From: Antedon mediterranea
Lineage: Eukaryota > Animalia > Echinodermata
Assembly: GCF_964355755.1 (NCBI RefSeq)
Contig: NC_092672.1
Coordinates: forward strand, 3,038,001-3,102,000
Direction: 5' to 3'
DNA: 64,000 nucleotides
Each line of letters starts with the position of its first letter. The stretch's first letter is position 1. The position numbers and the translations under genes were made by a program. This document shows positions 13,291 to 25,900 of the stretch, one piece after another. The notes below the pieces were generated by a model that had not been told where the DNA came from, ran no database searches, and saw only the letters and a list, made by a program, of their open reading frames with translations.

Positions 13291-15692
13291 TTTGATAGTG
13301 TAGACAAAGCTTTATTATTTCTTTTAATATTATTATCATTCATTATTATTTTATTCGTATTGTTATTTATTTCCATCCTTACACAAATCTTAGTGATTTT
13401 AATATTAATTTTATAATTATCATTTTACCTTAGGATTATACCGTACCCTGGAAAGATATAGTGAAATCTGCACCTGTACGGGCACTAGCTATTTCAAATG
13501 TTTGCGCTGACTTTGGCTATTTACTACTATGCCTAGATTTACCTACCTATTTTTATTCCATATTAGAATTCGATATTGACACGGTAAGTGTTCTTTGAAT
13601 TGTAGACCTATTATTGTAATTTGACAGTGCTGTATCTCCACATACTATCTACTTCCGAAGTATCATATGAATATTTGGTAATACAGCATCTCATTTATAT
13701 CACATGTGGTGCCTGTATCATGTAAAGTTAAGTTAAGGGTTAGGTTACATGTGAAACACATGTGATGTTGTATTACCAAATATTCCTACGATACTAATTC
13801 ATTGTTTGAAAATCTTAAATAGAGTGGATTTCTGTCAGTGGCTCCCCACGCTGTGTTTTGTATTACAATCATCATTGGGGGATTAGCTTCAGACTATATC
13901 ATTTCTCACTCGATGCTGAGCGTAACAAACACGAGAAAATTAATTTATGCTCTTCGTAAGTATAAGTACAACTTTATATGTACTGTATTTTGAGGAAAGT
14001 GACCAAATATGGTAGTGATATGTCCAAATATGGTAGTGATATGTCCAAATATGGTAGTGATATGTCCAAATATGGTAGTGATATGTCCAAATATGGTAGT
14101 GACATGCTCAAATAATGTCACGTAATGTTTGATAATGTAGACAGAGCTTAAGGAAGTAACGCGTACGTATATTATGATTTAATAACCGTGTTTTTTTTAT
14201 GTTTTATTTTTAGCTCTCGGATTATCCGCATTTTTAGTTGTTTTAACTGGTTATATTGAAAACAAAGTAATCAACGTCATTTTGTTGACTATCGTACTTG
14301 GGTTTTATGGACCGATGGCTGGTACAGTCGGGGCTAATGCAATAGATTTGGCGCCAAATCATTCTAGTCTGATTGTTGGAATAGCGTATACATTTTCTAC
14401 AACACCTGGGTTTATTTCTCCAATGGTAGCCGGAGTAATAACAAAAAAGGAAGTAAGTAACAATTTCCAATATCATTAATATTGTGTACACAATTTACCT
14501 TCTACGGCTTTTTTGTTTTGGGCTCTAAATTTGACCGCGACCAATGACTATAGGCCTAGCCCAATTATAACATCTCATTTCTTACGCTAAATAGTTATGA
14601 CAATTAATAAAGTTTTTTTTTATAAAAGATGTATTATCCCGCAAAAACATTAAAAAGACTTTGAATAGACCATTTCGCAATAATAATGTTAATCACTTCC
14701 GTGGAAAAAGAATGTACACAACTGTGCTTTCACTGATAAAAAGAAAAAAAAACGGTTAAATTACAGTTTTTTCAAGTAAATATTTTTTTTTCGATCGAAT
14801 TAAAAATGACACTGCTTCATCAAAAATATTTTAAAACAAATATTTTTTCAGGGGGACAAGAAACTAGTGATAATTAGATATAATTTTTACATAAAATTGA
14901 AAAAGTTTTAAGAATAACGATATAATCAACTGAAAACTATTGTTTTTTTCTTTTGTAACGTTAGTTCTTGTATTGTATTCCTATTCTTTAATAAAATAAA
15001 ATATTTTATGAATCTGTTAATTCAACTGATTTTTTTTTCAGAACACAATACTGTATATCAATGGCGAATAATATTCTGTATAGTAGCTGGACTTCATATC
15101 ATTGGGATAGTTTCTTTTGTAATGTTTGGAAGTGGAGAGGTACAGCACTGGGCAAAATCAAGCGAAAATAATACAGAATCAGTACCATTCACATCATTAG
15201 AAAATAAACAAAGTAAACATGAATTAATTGATTGAATCTATGAGAGAAGAGTAATTTTAATGTCACAATCTTTTCAGATTGGCATTAAACTCACTCTTCC
15301 CTCGAATATTTATGCCACCTTTTATAAATTGAATCTGTTCTACAGTGTCAAAAATATATTAATGTGTTATCTATATGTTATAAAGTTATTATTTATTTAT
15401 TTCAACAATATTTTACGAGGGTGGTCCAACCAGCAATGTTGGTATCCTACAATTTTAGTGGGATACCAAATCCACAATAATTACCGATTTCAGAAGTTGA
15501 TAATCTTCTATAATATTATATATCTATATATAAATTTACGTAAGGGCAAAATTCGGTAAATCGCGCGTTATTTCTAGAATGTTTACTCGATGGTATATAA
15601 AGTTCGTTAGAATCTCGGTACTGATTTTAACCACCTGATGTAACCCTGTTTACTAATTAAGTTTAGTTAGATAATTAGTTATTGAGGATTAA

Positions 15693-16225
15693 AGATGTAT
15701 TGTCCCTTTGACTAATTAAAAAAAAAAAAAAAACAGATTTCGAAAAAAAGTAGGTCATTTTGAAGTATCATAATAGTTATTAACTTTCATCAAAAATTAG
15801 TCGAAAAAAAAATCATTTAACTGGAATACAGATGTTTTTTTGTTCAAAAAATAGCTTTGACTTCCAGTCAAAGTTTTAGATCAAAACATATCCCATAATG
15901 GAACGTTCTTGGTTGGCTTCTCTGTATAATCATAAAACTTCCTTGCAATCAGTGTGAAAACACCTTCTTAACCGTGACGAGTTGTAAACAATCCTAATTA
16001 GCATCATAATGCATACACGTAGTTTGAAATCTTTGTTTACTTTAACTCCCGACGATTTTCCAGATGAAATGTAATAAAACTAATTTACCTGTTAATTCAT
16101 TAACTTGTTGTTTTCGACTCAAATTTTCGACTGAAAGTGAATAAGTTTAATATTACTTTGATATGGCCAATTTAAATTAAGAATATTTTAACCTTCATTT
16201 TTGTGTTTCAAGGGACAATACATCT
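15693..16225. mobile_element. MITE with TTAA TSD (Kolobok-type) nested in the Helitron
   Basis: TIR AGATGTATTGTCCCTT / AAGGGACAATACATCT; TTAA on both sides; empty site at ~5200 in the other Helitron copy. Confidence 0.9.
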
Positions 16226-17083
16226 TTAAAACGAATTTAGGTTCAACGATTTGCCCCAAATAGGGGTGTTTTCCGATCTTGGTATACACTGTCTAATGGA
16301 TGTTCTTATGAAAAAATACCTGCACACAATAAACGAGGATACTTCACATTTTCCTATCTCCTCCTACGATAGTTGCTTTTAATAGCTGAAAACCGGTTGA
16401 ACAGCTCGAGTACAGTATCATAATGTTGAAGACAGGCCGATTTTCTTTAAAAAAATACTATTTTGATAGATTTAATATACGTTTATACAAATGTATTGAT
16501 TTGCGATGAATGGAACATTCCAATCTATCAGACTCCCAGTTTGTAGATAAATTTATGAGCCCATGGTTTAACACAAGTAGGTAAATTTATGGGCCCTTGG
16601 AGAATAAAACTTACATATAATATTGCAATACTTTGACAATATTGTAAATACTGTACATATTAACCATTTTGTTTGCCATTTGAATCAAAATTGTCTTACT
16701 GTGAATGTGGTTACTGTTAGATATATAACAAAATATACAAAGAACATTTATAACTGTGACTGTTACTGACAGTTGCTTCTCAGCGTTTGTATTAATTAAT
16801 AATTATAAAAAATATAAACGTCGTAGTAGTGTATCGTTATATGTACTTTACTATTTCAATCGACTTTAACAGGGACAGTTTTAAAAAAGTATTATAAATC
16901 GTACTTCTTTACTGTAGTGGTATATTATCGATAGGCCTATAAAACATTTAATATTAAAACAATATTTCGTTACTAAGTGGATAGAGAATATATTTAAAAA
17001 TTGTTCTTCCCATCCTCTTCCCCATCCCTCAACTCTTATATACAAAACACAAATTAGGTTTGTTTAAATGAGTTCAGATAAAA

Positions 17084-17193
17084 CAAGGCCAACAGCCATA
17101 AGTCGCGTGCTAAAACGCATAGTGATACCGGACCGACAGACAGACCGACAGACCGACCGGCATAGTGAACTATAGAGTCGCGTCCACGCGACT
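17084..17193. mobile_element. Short Helentron/DINE-1-like element
   Basis: (GACC/GACA)n microsatellite plus terminal stem-loop GTCGCGTCCACGCGAC, inserted in an A run that is empty in the other Helitron; a related piece lies at ~12000-12085. Confidence 0.55.
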
Positions 17194-17584
17194 AAAAATT
17201 GGACTCATTTTTAAGACAAGGCCTAATTCCCAGGGTGCTAATTTTACATAAATCATCGTGTCTATTTATTTGTAAACGGCAATGTACTATTGTACTGTGG
17301 TACGTACATTTTTTATGCTAAAATTACTGTGTATTAGAGAACTATCTAGTATATAACAATACAGTATAACCTTCAAGATGCAACCAGATTTTACATCTCC
17401 CTGATCCAACTGAGTGTCCCCTTAATAGGCGTGTCCTCTAAATGTGAGTTGGCCGCAGTATTTTATGAAAACAGCTGTGGCAAATCTTTCACTCTCTTCA
17501 ACACAAGTTGCAAACTTGATCTTCTCTATTATGGTAGGCCTATGTGTTGTTCAACTAAATCAATTTACATTGACAGATTACAAA

Positions 17585-19181
17585 TCATTGTTTTTCTGTG
17601 TTTTCAGTAATTATTGGAATAGTCCATTCTTTAGGAGGGATGTTTTCATCTCGCATCTTCCAAACATGAGGATTCTCTTTCCTTTTAAGTTCACGTTCTT
17701 GAAGAGCATTCTGAAATATTAATGTTGTCAATAACAACAGTTTTGTGTGCGTAATTTACATGTTAGATGTTAAAACATTCAAAATCATAAGTTCTAAAAC
17801 CAATGTTAAATCTTGGCATATTATGTTATTATTATGAATACAAACACGAATAAAAAAATTAATATATTGCAATGTTATATTATATATAAAAGAAAGGTAT
17901 TTTATTTCTGTTTTGAATGCAAATAAATAAATCAATCAAATTGAATTCAGAGTGGACTTCTAAACAAAGTGTTACAAAAAATTACTGAAAGGAGGATTTG
18001 AACCCTGGTTGTTGGATTGGTGAGCTTTACCTTAGCGTCTTCTGCTTGACTAGTCTTCCACTTCACTGCATTGATAAAATCCTGATTTTCTAATTCACAT
18101 GTTGGTTTTACACCATATATGTAGTAGTGGTGAAACATATTCCCAAGTGCTGTGTTAAAAATAAATAAAAAATTACCACAACAAAATAATAAAGTAAACT
18201 CTCCCGAAAGTTGACAACCTGGGACTAGCCCAAAAAGCTCTCGCGAAATCTGTCTGGTTTTTAGCACAATCACCAAAATAAATGAGATGGTACTGTAAAA
18301 GATTCAAAATCTATATCTCAATTTATGTAATGTATCCCCACATAGTCCAGGAGCATAGTAAAATACTGTAATCAGAGTGTAATATTTGTATCATACGGCA
18401 CCTGTATAATATGTTATTATGACGTGTGACCCTGTATCACAGAATTTGTCCATGATACAGTACAAACTATAGATAGAGCACTAAAAATTGGTTTTATACA
18501 AATATATATCAAAGTTTTATATGAATACAATATACAATATAATTATAAGGTACAAGTAAAGTTTATTAAAGAAACTTTAAACTAAACCAAAAATACTAAC
18601 ATACATTGACAATCTTTCAATTTGTCAGCATAATCTTCAATGGTAATCCTTGGCTGTGAAGTTTGAATAACAAAATATAATTTTAAGTTCAATATGCTGG
18701 AATGCTGGAATTCTTATATCAAAACTTTTTGTAATTTATTTATTAGCATTTCATGAAATGGTTTATGGACAATTCATAAATTAAATAGAATGGTTATTGA
18801 AAATTGGGGGCAAGATTATTACAGGTCCTAGATACAGTATGCATACTGACTCTCTCTAGTACTTGTATGTAATAGTATTGTAGACTTGGAATCTCGACCG
18901 GGCTCTATCAGCGCCCAGCGGCACCGTAGGCACTACATCGGCCCGCTAGCTAGTAGTACTAGGCCTAGCTAGGTAGCCTAGTAGTAGTAGTAGTAGGAGT
19001 AGGCTTGAAACACTCCTAGCCTAGCAAGTTTTGCTTTTATCTTTTTTCCCTAGTCTTTGAACTAAATAAAAACAGTACCAATGAAATTTGTAAAGTAGTA
19101 ACTCACTTTCCACACAATATTTTTATTTGCTAACAAATTATGAGCACCTTTGCTGCTGCTGCTTCCGTCATCATCATCCAT
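17585..19181 (-). CDS. C22orf39: UPF0545 / C22orf39 homolog, 122 aa, 4 exons
   Basis: Exons 19181-19107, 18653-18605, 18149-18031 and 17710-17585, all GT-AG and in frame: MDDDDGSSSSKGAHNLLANKNIVWK-PRITIEDYADKLKDCQ-SLGNMFHHYYIYGVKPTCELENQDFINAVKWKTSQAEDAK-NALQERELKRKENPHVWKMRDENIPPKEWTIPIITENTEKQ*. The HHYY.YG..P.C and VW..R...PP..W motifs match the family as I recall it. Confidence 0.88.
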
Positions 19182-19349
19182 GGGCGCAGCCATATTTGTT
19201 TTGGTCACGCATCATTTGTTTTTGTGTGGTTTTTTTTACCGACTCGAGTGTGCAGCAGAGGCGGACGTGGCAAGTTAAAGGGCTATATTTTGGCTATTTA
19301 TTGTTCGTATTATCTGTGTAATTTACTATCCTTACTGGCTATTTCCAGG
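19182..19349. promoter_or_regulatory. Compact bidirectional promoter / 5' UTR region shared by C22orf39 (-) and GOLGA3 (+)
   Basis: C22orf39 ATG at 19181; plus-strand donor CCAGG|GTAAGC at 19349/19350 upstream of the GOLGA3 acceptor at 19894; locally richer in CpG. Confidence 0.6.
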
Positions 19350-19923
19350 GTAAGCTAATAAAAACAGTATTCATTATTTAGGCTATATTGAAAAAAATTG
19401 TTAATATTGATGAAAAATCCTAAATATTCATGTTTTTATCATGGCTGTCCGATACCGGGATCCAGCTTGTTGTATATAGTCTAGCTAGGTCTACGCTATG
19501 TGGGTAGGACGACAGTAAAATAAAGTTTTGCAGCATGCTCTGTCCCTGTATAATTAACCGGTTCACCTGACAATGCTCGGCCTACAATCAACCAGTCTGT
19601 CAGTACGTGCCATAGCCAACATACATTTCTCTTAGACTCCAGTGATATGCCATTCATTGATGGTGAATTTGTTTTTTTAAATGTTTTTTTTTATGTTTTG
19701 ACATTTATTTTGCTTTTTATATCTAGCCTAGGCCTAGGGACAGTAGTCTAGTAGGCCTAGACTAGTACAGTACTACTAACTATAGGTAGTAGAGTGTGTA
19801 GTTGTATTAAACTTAGGCCTATAATAATAATAATAAGTTATGAAATTAGAATCATCTGTTTGTGACGATAATTAATACTACTGTATTATTTCAGGAAATA
19901 AATATGTGAATGGCCATGGGGAT

Positions 19924-22900
19924 ATGGAATCAAAGTCAGATGACGTTCCAGAACACTATGCAAGAGAAGCCATTGACCTTACAGCCACCATCGATGATTC
20001 ATTTGATCTATTGGTTTCATACGATACAGATATAGAACATTGGCAAAAGAAAGATTCTGAAGCTACAGGGTTAGCTGCATCTTATCAAATCGATAGTGAA
20101 CAATTAAAAACAGACCAAAGACCATTTGTGCCTTATAAGAAAGATCTGAAGCTAAGTTTGAAACCAGAAAGTTGTGTTCAAAGTAGCAATTCTCTGGAAA
20201 ACCCACATCTTCAATATTTATCTCATCGTTTTGTAGAAAATCATATTGAAGTTCCTCTTCAATTTGAAAGTGTACAGACTACAAGGAGGAATCAACCACT
20301 TGAGTCTTCTCAAAGCTCCACTTCCATTGAAGATTCCCTTCAGGAATCATATCCAGTTCTAGTAGATTCAAAAGTTGAGGATTTGCCTATTCTTCCAATT
20401 GATGATCAACAGATAACACTTGCCTCATCAATAAGAGAAACGCTTGAGGAGATTAACCTTCATCGTGCACGGAAATCTTTCCAAGAACAGAGAAATAACC
20501 AATCTCAACAATTAAATTTGATACCTCTTTCTCAATCAGAGCCTGTATCGCAAACTCTAAACAGGGGTAATCAGGATTCACAGTTAGATATCCAAAGAGA
20601 ACGTCCAAAAGTGTTGTCTGTTTTGGGAAACGATCGTATTGATGCATCCGATTGGACAACAGCTCGGTATTTACGAATTGTGACACCTCAACGGGACACT
20701 AACTTTCATTCAGAACGTAGAAGAAGTCGTCAGACGTCCTTGGGACTGAGCGAGGGCGATCCATTTGACGAGTACGTAACAGGGGCTGGTGAAATTAATC
20801 TTCTTGAAAGTCCATCAGAAGACTCTAGCTTTGAACATCTTAGGCTTCAAATTGGTGGCTCAGAATCGGAACTAGAGGGATCTATTTCTGAAGATCCCCC
20901 CAGTTTAGATCGGATATTATTGTCTGATAGAGAAAAACTTCTTCAGGCTTTTGCGGAAGATAACCTGACAACCGTACCATCCAGTCCTGGCAAACAAGAG
21001 ATACACCGTGGCCAATCAATTAACAAGATCAATAAGGAAATTAGTGATCTTGAGAAAGAAATAAAGAACCTTGTAGTGGAGATATATTCTGGTAGAGAAC
21101 CTGGTTTCCTACCTCTTCCAGGGTCAGCGTCTGGTATAGAGAGCCCCCAAGGATCAAGAACTGGAGGAACCCTTTCACAGCATTCTGCTGACATTGGTTT
21201 GGTAAATCCAGAGCACAACATACCTTTGTACAGTTACTCTAAAAAAGGTAAAAATGTATACACCGTAACATTGCTAATTTGCTAACTTTTGTTTTTTACA
21301 GGTAAATTTTAAAATACATACAGTAGGTACTGTAAGAAACACCACCTACAATCACCATTATAATTTTCTCCCCTCCCCAATTTGAAGTAATTTTCATACA
21401 TATTCAAGGATTAGGCAATATCTTGAAACATTTTCAAAAGCTTCCTAAATAATTGTGCAGAAACAGGTTAATGATTAAACAAAATGTACTGCAGTAAACT
21501 GCAGTAGAATAGACGCGCTCTACCTTTTTTGTGCTGTGTATAAATTATTCAGTAAATATGGTCGAAACGAAGCTTATCGGAAGAATGGATGTATGGTACA
21601 GTAAATACAATAACATTAACAACTAATAAAATCATTTGTTTTAATTTTATTCAAGTTTTATAATGAACTGGATCAGAAGGATTAGTGGTATGATGAATGC
21701 AGTTAATCCATATTTAAATAATTGTGGTTATTTTAATTTTTTTTTTAATCAGTCATGCGCTAGAAAATATGTTTTTGGTTGTGGGAGTGGTTACATTTGA
21801 CTACATTTTGCTTTCACTATTGTTCAATTCTAAACAAACTCAACCAACCTGAATAACCTTGATGCAGTGTTTGATTTTACTAAGCTGTTTGTTATATTAA
21901 TATCTATCTACAAAATAATTAATCTCACAGTCAAGTGAGATCAACATAAAGTCAACGACAATGCAGATACAGATTATTTAAAAAAACATTCCATGCTACT
22001 GTACCATTGTTGAGTTTGATTCTTAAGTTACATGCTGTACCTGTAGTAGTGCAGCATGAAAGTAAGTGGAAGAATTCCAATGAGATTTTTTTTAAATAAT
22101 TTTCATTTGTTATCAGCATTATTGATGAGCAGTTTTTTCAACCCTAAATTTATTATTTAAAAATTATTTTATGTTGTATTTTTTTTTAAAGATTTTGTTG
22201 GTGAACAGTTGCTTTTAATGATAATTTTGCTTATAAATTTATTATAAATGTGTTTTAACAGATCAAACATGCTTACATTGTTAATTTTTTGTTTTCTGCT
22301 TTTAGGCATAATGAATTCACAACCAAAGACACCACCTCTTTCATCCTCAACCCAGGATGATATACCAAGTCCAACTTCATCTCTTGGTGATGTTAAAGTT
22401 GACAATACTGCAGAAGCAATTGCTTTACAGAAGTCTGTAGTTGGTAAGGTCAATGGTTACATTTTCAGTGTCTCCCCACGAGAACTTGGTTTTTATTATG
22501 AATTTTTACAGTTACTCTCCTGTATCAGGCATGCTTGGGCTGACTCAAAATGTACAGTATGTTATTTCCGATAAAATTACGTAATTTTATGGAATACATA
22601 ATGCAATAAGAAAATAATCTTTGAGTAACATATTTGGATTCTGAGCTGATTAAGCAATTCTTATGTACAGCAACCATAGTAGAACATTATAATAACTGAT
22701 TATTAAATTCACACAGTCACTGTATTATTATTTATTTTCAGGTAATTCACAAGTCACGCCTGCTTCCCCCGAACAAATTGCTGCTGTTATTGCGCAAGTT
22801 CAAAGGCAGATGAAACAACAATCTCCTGTATCAAAGGCAATGACCAACAACCAAAGTAGAGAACATGCTTCAGAACCAACAACTATCCACACAGGTGTGG

Positions 22901-25900
22901 CTCCTGTTGGAGCCCACTCGATGCAAAGGAATTTGATTCCAACCCCTATAGTCAATGGGGTCACACCTCCTAAACCAGAAGAAATTAAACGACCTCTTGC
23001 CTGGCATCCACCAACAAATCCACCAGTAAATGGTGAGAAGAAAATCGAAAACACAGGTGATGGTGCACAAATAAACAACTATGATAGTCCACCTAAACCG
23101 GTCACAACAGTAAATCGACCTCACACTTTGGTGGGACAGAACACAACTCTTGCAATCCGAGGTGCATTTGGATCATCAACTAATAACAAAAATGAACCTG
23201 TATTATTTCGCAGTCCTGTGCAGTCTGTCACTCGGAAAACTATTGGAGCTGTGCAGAAACCTGAAAGTAAGAAGGGGAAGAAGAAACTGAAAATGAACGG
23301 AGATGTAGAAGGAATCAAGAAAAACACCCAAGGTGCTGTAGTGACTGTCAAAGCATCGGGTGAGAGTAGTGCTATTGTTGGCATGAAAGACATGAGTGAT
23401 GGTGTTATTATTACGCAAGAAAATATTAATATAGATTCTCAGAATATGAGGTTATTCAGTGAAACGGATCATACTTCACCAGATACTGTTGTAAATACTT
23501 CAGTGTCAAACCCAGATGTTAAGAACACCAGTACAGGGCCAAGTACATCTTTTCTTGGATCAATTCTTCCATGGAGCAAAAAACAACCACCACCACCTAT
23601 TGAAAAAACAAAATCTGACCCCTTGCCAGAAAAAACTTCAGGAGATAAACACCTTAACTCAAGTTTTTTGGCTAAGGGTAATGAGCAACCAGATGAAAGT
23701 GTTGACACGGGAATGTTTCATCCTGAAATGACACCTGTTTCAAGTTCAACACCAGTTAAGATGCAACCAGACATTGTTCATAAATCTCCAGATGTTCGAA
23801 AAGAATCGGAACTACTTCTGCAATCGTTGCAAAAAGAAAAACAACCAAAACGAAAGTTAACACCACCTTCAAAATTAGACAGTCAACTATCAAACTCATC
23901 AGCAAAATCAGTTGATATTGTGAATGCCCACATGCCTTATACAGTTAAAAAAAGGGATCTTAGTAAAATGCCATCTACATCGTTGCATAAAGCAAATAAT
24001 ATTGCACAAAAGCCTCGAAGCGAGTCTGTGACTAGTGTGAATGAGTGGAATGAACATTCAGATGATATCCAAGCAGTCTTGCAAGAAAAGGCAAGACTAG
24101 AAGGTCAGTTGGAAGCATTGTCAGTAGAAACAGCAAGTGCTCTTGCTGATAGAGCTAGACTTCAAACCCAGATTGCTGCTTTAGAATCTCAGGTACGCAA
24201 TAGCAATCATCATTTACAAACAGCTTTGCAAGAAAAATCTGAAATACAGTCTGAATTTGAAGCTATTGAAATGAATCGTAAATTTCTGGAAGAGAGTATC
24301 TCAAATTTACATACAAATATCGAAAGTAAAGAATCTGCTTTGGAGACATTAAGAGAAGACTTAAGGTCATCGCAAACTTCCAGCCTTAAGTTCCAACAAA
24401 AGCTTGGAGAGATTCAAGCAGAGTTGCAACAACGTGATGGTTCAATTTCCAATCTTCAAGATAGGTTACAAGAAACGCAACAAGATTTGAATAACGCTAT
24501 AGAAAACAGAGCACAAGCAGTTGCCATTCAAAAAACATTTGAAACAGAATTAAGGTCAATGAGTAAGACTAAGGAATGGCTTCAGGAACAGCTTAAATTT
24601 GCACAAGAAGCTAGAAGCAAACTTCAAGGAAACTATACAGAAGCTCAGAACCAACTGGTTCTTCAGGGAGCAAGTATGGAAACCTTAAAAACTGAGAATG
24701 CACGCATACGACAACAGCTCTCGGAAACCCAACAGAAAGCACTAAATGAAAAAGAGCAGATTGCCAAACATCTAGAAACTATAGAAGCTGATATGCTTGC
24801 AAGAGAGGCAGCATTTATGGATCTTCAAAAAGAGAAGGTTGCTGTTCAACAAGCAGTTGCCACAAAAATGGATCAGATTCAAGAAGAAAAACATAAATTG
24901 TCACATATCTTTATCTCTACACAAGATTTAGAGCAGCAACTTGAAAGAGCACAGAGAGATCTGTCTACTAAACAGGTGGCTATGTCAGCTCTTGAGGAGC
25001 AGAAAAGAGAGTTGATAAGAAAGTTTACATTAACACAGGTATGTTTGATTTAACTCTGAAAGCTAGTTAATTTTCCTAGAGTAATAGGTCGAGTCTAGTA
25101 ATAGAAAATTCTTTTTAAATGTGCACAATAATTTTGACAGAAAATAAAAATCTTCTCTTGTATTGAATATTATACTTTGGTTTGTTTTTGCAGGAAGCAG
25201 TAAATACTCGAGACCATGAACTGGACACGCTACAACAACAATTTGATGCTCTTGAAAAGCGTCTGAAAACATCACAAACTGATCAAGCAACACAAGGTGA
25301 TGAACTTCACAAGTTGAAAGTTGAAAAACTTGCGCTGCAATCTGCTCTTGCCACTGCTAACGATGAAAAACAACAGTTTGATGAAGCTATACAGAGGCTG
25401 AGACAAGATATGGTTATGGTTGAAAAGGGATTCAAGCAAATGAAACAAGAACTTGGTGAAAAAGATGGCCAACTACAAAGTGCACAACAAGAGAATAGTT
25501 ATCTTAAAGAACATATACAACAAATGCAACAACATTTAGCAGATGAACAGAAAAATGTGGAGAGTGTTAGTGCAGAAGTTAGTGGTAAAAACGTGGTGAT
25601 TGATGAATTCAAACAAACAAAATCGCAGCTTGAGTACGAAGTAGCTGCATTGAAACAAGAATTGCAAAAGAGTCACATGGCTCAGAAACATGAAATAGAA
25701 CTGAAAAATGCTGCACAGATAGAAGGACAAGAATTATCTGAAAAATTAATTGCAGCAGAGGAAAACTTGCAAGAAGCTATGAAAGAAAAGGTACGGATTG
25801 AAGGACAGTTAGAGATGATGGCAAGTGATCAAGAAAGAATGCAGAAACTTGTGGCTGAACATAGTGCTTTGAAGCAAAAGCTAGCAGAATCTCAAAACAC

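Larger units (their letters stand above)
7705..15235 (+). pseudogene. SLC17/sialin-like MFS anion transporter, copy 2 (10 exons, three frameshifts)
   Basis: Exons 7705-7756, 10656-10765, 11296-11528, 11803-11890, 12628-12723, 12972-13106, 13434-13583, ~13823-13955, 14214-14452, 15042-15235, including VPWKDIVKSAPV. Exon 3 is 233 nt (-1, early TAG), exon 6 has a 4-bp insertion GCTA (13021-13024), and exon 10 has a 5-bp insertion CTGTA (15051-15055). Confidence 0.8.
15523..17349 (+). mobile_element. Second copy of the Helitron family, opposite orientation, with nested insertions
   Basis: A|TCTATATATAAATTTACG start and CTAG|T end; reverse-complement homology to 3808-5371; the 3' hairpin is deleted. 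Confidence 0.85.

Noticed and set aside
20453-25730. Minus-strand ORFs overlapping the large GOLGA3 exons
   Set aside because: Antisense shadows of long coding exons with no independent motifs.
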